Shown: in pieces, positions 18,185 through 25,497 of the stretch
How positions within the stretch are numbered: the stretch's first letter is position 1
Layout of the letters: every line of letters starts with the position of its first letter
DNA from: Vulcanimicrobiaceae bacterium
GTDB taxonomy: Bacteria; Vulcanimicrobiota; Vulcanimicrobiia; Vulcanimicrobiales; Vulcanimicrobiaceae
Assembly: GCA_046262595.1 (NCBI GenBank)
Contig: JBHEMM010000017.1
Coordinates: forward strand, 16,438 to 47,680
Reading direction: 5' to 3'
Length of the DNA stretch: 31,243 nt
Notes under the pieces: model-generated
What the model was told of the DNA's origin: nothing
What the model saw: only the letters and a program-made list of their open reading frames with translations
Databases searched by the model: none
Position numbers and translations under genes: made by a program

Positions 18185-18288
18185 GCCGCAACGTTAGCAC
18201 GCAACCAGGCAAGGGCGCTCTACCCAAATCTGGGTATATCGGACGCCGCGCCGGCTCCCGTACGGTAGAAGCAGGAGGGAGTCTTTCT
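18185..18288. promoter_or_regulatory. Divergent promoter region with central palindrome TACCCA-AATC-TGGGTA and two symmetric -10 elements
   Basis: Palindrome at 18221-18236; minus-strand TG-C-TAACGT (-10 at 18196-18191); plus-strand TACGGT (18261-18266); SD GGAGG at 18274. Confidence 0.65.
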
Positions 18289-20181
18289 ATGAAACGCTTT
18301 ACCGCCGCGGCTTTGGCCGCCGGCATTTTAACCGCTTCGTGCTCCGGGCACGGCGGTTCGGCCCTTCCCAGCGCTCCGGGCGGTTCGGGCACGCCGGGCA
18401 CGATGGGCATGCACGGCACGCGCGCAAACGCCGCCACGGTGAGCGTTCCGCTCGGGTGGGCGAGCACCGGGACGCAAGCCGTAACGCTGCCGAACGCGAC
18501 GGACAACGGCGCCCTGCCCGCCACGCAGACGCTGACGGTGCACGTAGCACTTCAGCTGCGTAATGCCGACCAACTGAAATCGGCTGTTGCAGCCGGTCAG
18601 ATCGTGCCGCGCTCGACGTTCATGAGCAGCTACGCACCGACCGGCGCTCAAGTCTCGCAAGTGAAGAACTACTTGCAGTCGCAGGGTTTTACGACCGTGC
18701 ACGAACAGCCGAACAACGTTCTCATCGATGCAACGGGGACGGCGGCGACTGTCGAGAAGGCGTTCAGCACGCAGCTGGAATCGTACGCGGTCTCGGGCGG
18801 CAACGTGTACGCCAATAAGCAGGCGGCACTGGTTCCGCAAGCGCTCGCGGGCATGGTGATTGCGGTGCTGGGCCTGAACGACGTCCAGATGCAGAAGCCG
18901 CAGCCGCAAAGCGGCGGGCCGAAGAAAGCCCCGTCGCCGTCACCCTCGCCCGTCCCAACGGCAACGCCGACAGCCGCGCCGACCGCGACGCCGACGCCAA
19001 CGCCGACGCCCGCTCCGCAAGCCGACGGCTGCACGCAAGGCATCAACGCCGAAGGTCTGTGCCCACGCTTCTACGATCCCGGAACGATGCAGCTGGCGTA
19101 CGACGCCGCAAATGCGCCCACCGGCGCGAACACGGCGGTCGCGATCTTCACCGAAGGCGATCCGACGCAAGCCATCAGCGACTTCCGCTGGAACGAACAA
19201 GTGTATACGATGCCGCAGGTACCGGTGAACGTCGTGCATGTCGAACCGATGACGAGCGATACGAGCGGAAACAGCGAGTGGGTGCTCGATATGACGGCGG
19301 TGCAAGGTTTAGCTGCAAACGTTAAGCAGATCGACCTGTACAACTTCGCCTCGCTCAGCGATGCCGACATCGTGACAGCGTACAACAAGTGGACCGTTGA
19401 CGACACCGACCCAATCGGCAACAGCTCGTTCGGCGGATGCGAAGTGTTCCCGTATCAAGACGGCGCCATGCTCGCAGCCGACGAAGTGCTTGTCGAAGCC
19501 GCTTCGCAAGGGCAGACGATGTTCGTCTCGACCGGCGACAACGGCGGATACTGCAACAACTTCGTGAATACGAACGGCGCCCCCGGCGGTTTACCGATGG
19601 CCGAGTGGCCGGCGGTCTCGCCGTACGTTGCCGCAGTCGGCGGAACGGATCTGTTCAGCAATGCCGACGGATCGTATTACGGCGAAACGTCGTGGGAAGC
19701 GGGCGGCGGCGGCCTCAGCCAATTCGAGTACTCGCCCAGTTGGGAATCGCCCACGCAGCCCGTAGGAACCACCGCCGTCGGATACAGCTACCGCGGACTT
19801 CCCGACGTCGCGATGGACGCGTCGATCGAAACGGGATACCTCGTCTACTCTTCCTCGCAAGCCGCAAACGGATCGTGCACGCCGTGCATCTCCGGCGGAA
19901 CGAGCCTCGCCTCGCCGCTGGCCGCAGGCGCATACGCGCGCATGCAGTCCGCGCACGGCAACGCCCTCGGTTTCGCTCCACCGCTCTTCTACCGCATCTA
20001 CACGAACAACCCGAACGCAAGTCAGCTCAGCGCGAGCGCCGCGGCCACATCGCTGGTCGGCGGGTTCCACGACGTGCTCACGGGCACGAACGGCGCATAC
20101 ACCGCAGCGCCGCGCTACGACTATACGACCGGCTTGGGAAGCTTCGACGTTCTCAAGACCAACGCGATCGTCGGAAAGTAG
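18289..20181 (+). CDS. Sedolisin-family (S53) serine-carboxyl peptidase with pro-kumamolisin domain, probable lipoprotein
   Basis: Signal 'MKRFTAAALAAGILTASC', activation domain, 'EWVLD', 'STGD', 'GGTSLASP', 'YDYTTGLGS'. ATG 18289 with GGAGG SD. Confidence 0.94.
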   Translation: MKRFTAAALAAGILTASCSGHGGSALPSAPGGSGTPGTMGMHGTRANAATVSVPLGWASTGTQAVTLPNATDNGALPATQTLTVHVALQLRNADQLKSAVAAGQIVPRSTFMSSYAPTGAQVSQVKNYLQSQGFTTVHEQPNNVLIDATGTAATVEKAFSTQLESYAVSGGNVYANKQAALVPQALAGMVIAVLGLNDVQMQKPQPQSGGPKKAPSPSPSPVPTATPTAAPTATPTPTPTPAPQADGCTQGINAEGLCPRFYDPGTMQLAYDAANAPTGANTAVAIFTEGDPTQAISDFRWNEQVYTMPQVPVNVVHVEPMTSDTSGNSEWVLDMTAVQGLAANVKQIDLYNFASLSDADIVTAYNKWTVDDTDPIGNSSFGGCEVFPYQDGAMLAADEVLVEAASQGQTMFVSTGDNGGYCNNFVNTNGAPGGLPMAEWPAVSPYVAAVGGTDLFSNADGSYYGETSWEAGGGGLSQFEYSPSWESPTQPVGTTAVGYSYRGLPDVAMDASIETGYLVYSSSQAANGSCTPCISGGTSLASPLAAGAYARMQSAHGNALGFAPPLFYRIYTNNPNASQLSASAAATSLVGGFHDVLTGTNGAYTAAPRYDYTTGLGSFDVLKTNAIVGK

Positions 20182-20191
20182 GAAACCGATT

Positions 20192-21967
20192 ATGAGAAAG
20201 ATCGTCGCGGTCGCACTGGCCGCCGGAATACTGACCGCATCCTGTTCGGGTCATGGAGGGCAGAACGCGCTGCCCTCCGCCCCGGCAACGTCACCGTACA
20301 GCACGGGCGGCGCGCGCACCGGCGCCATCGCACTCGCCGCACCCGACGGATGGTCGGCGACGGCAACGCAAGGCGTCACCGTCGCGAACGCCGCCAATGT
20401 GGGAGCGGTAAGCTCCGCGCAGCCCTTGACCGTGCGCGTGGCATTGCAGGCGCACAACACCGCGCAACTCGCGCAGGCGGTCGCTGCCGGTCAGCGGTTC
20501 TCCAACGCGCAGCTCGCAAGTTACGCACCGACATCGGCGGAAGCGTCGGCCGTCAAAAGTTATCTGCAAAGCCAAGGCTTTACCAATATCGCAGTCTCAC
20601 CCGATAATTTACTCGTAAGCGCGGACGGTACTGCGGCGCAAGCGCAAAAGGCGTTCAACACGACGCTCCGATCGTTCTCGCTCGGCGGAAAAACCGTCTA
20701 CGCGAATACCACGCCGGCATACGTTCCTGCAACGCTGGGCGGTATCGCGCTCTCGGTGCTCGGTTTAAACAACGCGGCGCGGATGGCTTCGGGACCGACG
20801 GCGTGTTTCCCGACGGATCCCTCGCCCTCGCCCGTGCCATGCGTGCGCAGCTACGACGCACGTGCGATCCAGACGTACTACGATGCCGGGACCGCACCCG
20901 CCGGATCGGCCACGAGCGTCGCCGTCATGGCCGAGGGCGACGTTTCGCAAACGGTCGCCGATCTTGCCTACGCCGAAACGCAGCAAGGATTAGCGCAAAC
21001 GCCGGTAACGGTCGTCAAAGTCGGTCTTTCGAGCCCGGATACTGCCGGCGTCGGCGAATGGGATCTCGATACGCAAAGCTCGACCGGCATTGCGGGCGGC
21101 GTGAAAGCGCTCTATCTCTACGACACAACGTCGTTGACCGATTCCGACATCGCGCATGAATACAGCCAGTGGGAATCGCAGGATCTCGCACAGGTCGGCA
21201 ACTCGTCGTTCGGCGAGTGCGAATATCAGGCGTATCTCGACGGCGCCATGCACGCGGACGATCAGATTCTTCTTTTCGCCGCCGCGCACGGTCAAACGAT
21301 GTTCGCTTCTTCGGGCGACACCGGCTCGTCGTGCGCGCTCGCACCGACCAACGGCGTCCCGGCATCCGGACCGCCGATGGTTTCCTATCCGGCTTCTTCG
21401 CCGTGGGTGGTTGCCGTCGGCGGCACGACCGTTCTTTCGAACAACGACGAAACGTACGCGGGAGAAACAGCGTGGAACTCCGGCGGCGGCGGTCTGAGCC
21501 AATTCGAGAACGCGACGAGCTGGGAACAGCCCGTGCAGTTGACCACCGGCATCGTTGCCGCAGGCAACCTGCGCGGCGTCCCGGACGTTGCGATGGCGGC
21601 CGATGCCAACTCCGGAGCGTACGTGGTCTACATGACGCAGCCGCTCGTGTTCATCAACGGCACGTGCAGCTCGCCGTGCAGCATCGGCGGAACGAGCGAA
21701 GCATCGCCGCTTTCGATGGGCGTGTACGCCCGTATGCTCTCCGCCCATCCGGGCCTGGGCTTTGCCGCGCCGCACTTCTACACCAATTACCAGCGCTACG
21801 AGCCCGCTGAAACGCTGGTTCAAGGGCCGCCTCCGACCGAAAGCTACGGCGGATTCCACGACATCATTCTCGGCCCGAACGGCGCATATACTGCGGCGCC
21901 GGGGTACGACTACACCACGGGTCTTGGCACGTTTGATATCTCGGCATTGAACGCCACGATTCAATAG
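20192..21967 (+). CDS. Sedolisin-family (S53) peptidase, tandem paralogue, probable lipoprotein
   Basis: Signal 'MRKIVAVALAAGILTASC', 'EWDLD', 'SSGD', 'GGTSEASP', 'GYDYTTGLGT'. Confidence 0.94.
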   Translation: MRKIVAVALAAGILTASCSGHGGQNALPSAPATSPYSTGGARTGAIALAAPDGWSATATQGVTVANAANVGAVSSAQPLTVRVALQAHNTAQLAQAVAAGQRFSNAQLASYAPTSAEASAVKSYLQSQGFTNIAVSPDNLLVSADGTAAQAQKAFNTTLRSFSLGGKTVYANTTPAYVPATLGGIALSVLGLNNAARMASGPTACFPTDPSPSPVPCVRSYDARAIQTYYDAGTAPAGSATSVAVMAEGDVSQTVADLAYAETQQGLAQTPVTVVKVGLSSPDTAGVGEWDLDTQSSTGIAGGVKALYLYDTTSLTDSDIAHEYSQWESQDLAQVGNSSFGECEYQAYLDGAMHADDQILLFAAAHGQTMFASSGDTGSSCALAPTNGVPASGPPMVSYPASSPWVVAVGGTTVLSNNDETYAGETAWNSGGGGLSQFENATSWEQPVQLTTGIVAAGNLRGVPDVAMAADANSGAYVVYMTQPLVFINGTCSSPCSIGGTSEASPLSMGVYARMLSAHPGLGFAAPHFYTNYQRYEPAETLVQGPPPTESYGGFHDIILGPNGAYTAAPGYDYTTGLGTFDISALNATIQ

Positions 21968-21980
21968 CTCCGTCGTTGCT

Positions 21981-22008
21981 GGCCGTTACCGCTTTGGCGG
22001 CAACGGCC
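21981..22008. terminator. Stem-loop downstream of the sedolisin pair (possible terminator or mRNA stabiliser)
   Basis: GGCCGTTACCGC-TTTG-GCGGCAACGGCC: 12-bp stem with one A.C mismatch (G.U on the minus strand). No clear U-tract. Confidence 0.4.
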
Positions 22009-22090
22009 GCGCCGGATTTCCGGCGACGCGGCCGCCGGCGGGCACGTCCTTCGTCACCACCGACGACGCACCGGTCAGCGCGCCGTAACG
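21986..22090 (-). pseudogene. C-terminal remnant of a hexapeptide-repeat (LbH) O-acetyltransferase
   Basis: Translates 'YGALTGASSVVTKDVPAGGRVAGNPARPLPPKR*', matching the GAxIGAGSVVTKDVPxxxxVAGNPAR signature. There is no room for the rest of the gene. Confidence 0.7.
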
Positions 22091-22102
22091 CGCGACCGCA
22101 GC

Positions 22103-22639
22103 ATGCCGAAGAAAGAAACGAGCGAGCCGGGGGTCATTCCCGGGCAAGTCCTCGATCCGCAGTTGCGCGATTATCTCGAGGTCATGAGCACAGCGGTTTT
22201 TCAAGCGGGCTTGCGTTGGGCGGCGATCGCAAAGACTTGGGATGCGTACGTCGTCGCGTTCGATGCATTCGAACCGCTCAAAGTGGCATCGTATACCGAG
22301 TTCGACGTGGAGCGCCTAATGGAAACGCCGCGCGTGCTGCACAGTGCAAAGAAGATACGCGCGACGATTCACAACGCGCAAACGCTCCTGGCGCTCGATC
22401 GCGAACGCGGCGGCTTTCAACACTACCTGCGCTCGTTCGAAAACTATGACGCGTTTTCGAAGGACTTTCGCAAGCGTTTCAAGTTTATGGGCGAGATGAA
22501 CGTTTGGTACTTTCTGTTCCGGGTGAACGAGCCTGTGCCGGAATTCGAGCACTGGGTGACGACGATTCAAGGCGACCACCCGCGCATGAAAGAAATGGTG
22601 GAAAAAGGCCGCAAGGCCGGCACTTCGAGGGAGTACTGA
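22103..22639 (+). CDS. DNA-3-methyladenine glycosylase I (Tag)-like protein
   Basis: 'FQAGLRW', 'AFDAFEPLKVASY', 'KKIRATIHNAQ', 'KRFKFMG'. Lacks the Zn ligands of classical Tag. Confidence 0.85.
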   Translation: MPKKETSEPGVIPGQVLDPQLRDYLEVMSTAVFQAGLRWAAIAKTWDAYVVAFDAFEPLKVASYTEFDVERLMETPRVLHSAKKIRATIHNAQTLLALDRERGGFQHYLRSFENYDAFSKDFRKRFKFMGEMNVWYFLFRVNEPVPEFEHWVTTIQGDHPRMKEMVEKGRKAGTSREY

Positions 22640-22640
22640 T

Positions 22641-24689
22641 ATGCATGTGATCCTTGCCGCGCTCTTCTCGATGAGCCAGGTTTTAAGCGCCCCCATGCCG
22701 ATGGAGATGACCGCCTCACACGACGGGCGGCACATCGCGTACGTGCTGGACACACGCGGCGTGCGCAGTTTGTGGTTCGCAAGCGCTCCCGCTTTCGCTC
22801 CGCGCAAGCTCTGGGACTCGGGCAGCGACGACGGCCAGGAGCTCACGAACGTGCGCATTTCGGATGACGGCGCGTACGTGGTGTACGTTCGCGGCGGATC
22901 GCACGACGCGAATTGGCCGGCACGGCCGTGGCCGGATCCCGATTTGAGCCCCAAAGAGCCGCATTTGAGCGTGCTTTCGGTGCCGACGGCGGGCGGCGAG
23001 CCGAAACAGATTGGCGAGGGCGATGCGCCCGTTATTTCGCCCGACAGTAAGACCGTCGCGTTTTTGCACGACGGCGATAACGCCGTATGGAGCGCACCGG
23101 TTGACGGCGCAAAAAGCGCCGCGCGGCTCTTCTTTGACCGCGTCGGCGACTCCGATCTGATGTTTTCTCCGGACGGCAAGGCGGTTGCATTCACATCCGA
23201 TCGCGGCGACCATTCGTTTATCGGCATCTACCGGGATCAAAACACGCCGCTGCAGTTCCTCGCGCCGACGACGAACCGCGACGGCGGCCCGGTGTGGTCG
23301 CCGGACGGAAAACAGATCGCGTTTCTGCGCCTGCCCGGTGAGGGGGGCCCGCCGCGCAACCTGCTCAAACGCCAAGTGCAGACGTGGGCCATCTGGGTGG
23401 CGGATATTGCCGGTGCCGGACGCGCGCATCGCGTCTGGCAAAGCGGCAACGGCCTTCGCGACACGTTTCCCGGAATCAACGGGCCGCAGCTGCAGTGGCT
23501 GGCGGGAAACCGCCTGCTGTTCGTGAGCGAACAGTCGAACTGGCCGCATCTCTACACGATCGGAGCAAACGGCGGGACCGCGCGTTTGCTCACGCCGGGA
23601 AACTACATGGTGGAAGATACGGCGATCTCACCCGATCTCGCCACCGTGTATTACACCGCCAACACCGGAACACTGCGCGGTGACAACGACCGCCGTCACG
23701 TCTTCCGCGTTAATGCAGGCGGCGGCGAACCCGCACAGATAACGAGCGGCGCAGACAGCCAGTGGTGGCCGGCAGCCGTGAGCGGCGGCATCGCGTACGT
23801 AAATGCCGGCTCGCGGGAGCCGTTCACCATTGCGTACAACGGGCGCAAGCTCAATGCCGATCTCATCCCTAACGATTTCCCCACCGATCAGCTCGTTGTT
23901 CCGCAGCTCGTATCGTTCCGTTCCAGCGACGGGCTCACGGTGCAAGGCACGCTGTTCGTGCCGCGCACAGGCGCGGCACGCAAACCGGCAGTCATCTTCG
24001 TGCATGGCGGACCGCCGCGGCAGATGATGACGACGTGGCACTATTTCGACTATTACTCCTACGGATACGGAAGCAATCAGTATCTGGCGAGTCGCGGATG
24101 CGTGGTGCTCTCGGTGAATTACCGCCTGGGCATCGGCTACGGACACGACTTCCAATACCCAGCGCATGCAGGCCCCGCCGGCGCCTCGGAATACAAGGAC
24201 GTGCTTGCAGCGGCCAAATATCTGCAGCACCTGCCCGGCGTGAATCCGAAACTCATCGGCATCTACGGCGGATCGTACGGCGGCTATGTCACGGCCCTCG
24301 CGCTTGCGAAGAACTCCAACATTTTCAAAGCGGGCGCCGATCAGCACGGCGTGCACGACTGGACCGATTTCCCCGAATGGTTCGGGAGCGGCGGCTCGCA
24401 CCGCTATCAGCAGCCGAATACGGCAGCGTTTTTAAAGACGGCGTGGCTTTCTTCGCCGGATGCGTACATCCCGACGTGGCGTTCGCCCGTGCTGCTCATT
24501 CACGGCGATGACGATCGCAACGTGCGCTTTCATCAAACGGTCGATCTCGCCGAACGGTTGCGCTTAGCGCACGTGCCTTATGAAGAACTCATCTTCCCCA
24601 ACGAGATTCACGGCTTTTTGCGCTGGCAAAGTTGGATCGATGCAGACACGGCTGCCGACACCTTTTTGCTGGAGCATTTGAAACGGTGA
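22641..24689 (+). CDS. S9 prolyl oligopeptidase / dipeptidyl-peptidase family protein with TolB-like beta-propeller
   Basis: PD40-like 'SPDGK' repeats, 'VHGGP', 'GIYGGSYGG' nucleophile, 'LIHGDDDRNV', 'EIHGF'. Confidence 0.94.
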   Translation: MHVILAALFSMSQVLSAPMPMEMTASHDGRHIAYVLDTRGVRSLWFASAPAFAPRKLWDSGSDDGQELTNVRISDDGAYVVYVRGGSHDANWPARPWPDPDLSPKEPHLSVLSVPTAGGEPKQIGEGDAPVISPDSKTVAFLHDGDNAVWSAPVDGAKSAARLFFDRVGDSDLMFSPDGKAVAFTSDRGDHSFIGIYRDQNTPLQFLAPTTNRDGGPVWSPDGKQIAFLRLPGEGGPPRNLLKRQVQTWAIWVADIAGAGRAHRVWQSGNGLRDTFPGINGPQLQWLAGNRLLFVSEQSNWPHLYTIGANGGTARLLTPGNYMVEDTAISPDLATVYYTANTGTLRGDNDRRHVFRVNAGGGEPAQITSGADSQWWPAAVSGGIAYVNAGSREPFTIAYNGRKLNADLIPNDFPTDQLVVPQLVSFRSSDGLTVQGTLFVPRTGAARKPAVIFVHGGPPRQMMTTWHYFDYYSYGYGSNQYLASRGCVVLSVNYRLGIGYGHDFQYPAHAGPAGASEYKDVLAAAKYLQHLPGVNPKLIGIYGGSYGGYVTALALAKNSNIFKAGADQHGVHDWTDFPEWFGSGGSHRYQQPNTAAFLKTAWLSSPDAYIPTWRSPVLLIHGDDDRNVRFHQTVDLAERLRLAHVPYEELIFPNEIHGFLRWQSWIDADTAADTFLLEHLKR

Positions 24690-25492
24690 CGGCCCGCGGA
24701 ACCGTGCACGCAGCTCTCGTTTTCGCGGGTGCGGCGGTCGCGTGCATCGGCCGCTCACAAGCGGCAGCACCGGTGTGCGAAGCGTACGTCCGGAACGCAC
24801 TTCCCGATGGCGCCCGAGCGGCTTATACGGGCGCAGCACCGTCGGCCGCGCGCCTCGGCTTACAGCTCGCTGCCGATTCGCAAACAGTGCCGGCCGGCGT
24901 ACTGACGGTGACGACCGACGACGCCAGGTATACCGCACCGGTAGGCACCCGCGTTGGAACGCCGGACCCGCGGTTCTTAGGCGTTTTCGATTCGACGGCA
25001 TTTTTCGTGAGTCTGCCCGCAGCGCTTCACGTGCGCTACGTTTCGTTCACGCCTGCAGGGCCGCCATGCGAACCGCTTGCTGTACTAACAGACCGCGGCG
25101 CGCCTTCGCCCACGCAGTCCGAAGATGACGCGCTCATTGCAAAGACGCCGCGTGCGAACATTCTGCGCGCGGTCTTCGCTGCGCCGTTTTCCCCGCCGCT
25201 CGACTGTGCAAAGCGTTATACCGATGCGACGGCCTTAAAAGTGATCCCGCCGGACATCAGCATGATCGACCGGTCGCGCATCCAGAGCGGCTCGGCATCG
25301 GGCACGGCCCTCATCCGGGTTGCAGTCGCTTCGGACGGATCGGTTTCTGCTGCGCGCGTTGTACGCTCGACCGGTGATGCATCGCTCGATGCGCGTGCGC
25401 TCAACTCCGCCAAACAGGCCACCTATTCGCCGCGAACGTTGGATTGTGCGCCGATCCCGGGGCTTTATCTGTTCGCCGTAACCTTCGCATAG
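24686..25492 (+). CDS. TonB C-terminal domain protein
   Basis: C-terminal 'GTALIRVAVASDGSVSAARVVRSTGDASLDARALNSAKQATYSP...VTF'; hydrophobic N-terminus; GTGA overlap with the S9 stop. Confidence 0.82.
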   Translation: MTARGTVHAALVFAGAAVACIGRSQAAAPVCEAYVRNALPDGARAAYTGAAPSAARLGLQLAADSQTVPAGVLTVTTDDARYTAPVGTRVGTPDPRFLGVFDSTAFFVSLPAALHVRYVSFTPAGPPCEPLAVLTDRGAPSPTQSEDDALIAKTPRANILRAVFAAPFSPPLDCAKRYTDATALKVIPPDISMIDRSRIQSGSASGTALIRVAVASDGSVSAARVVRSTGDASLDARALNSAKQATYSPRTLDCAPIPGLYLFAVTFA

Positions 25493-25497
25493 AGCCG

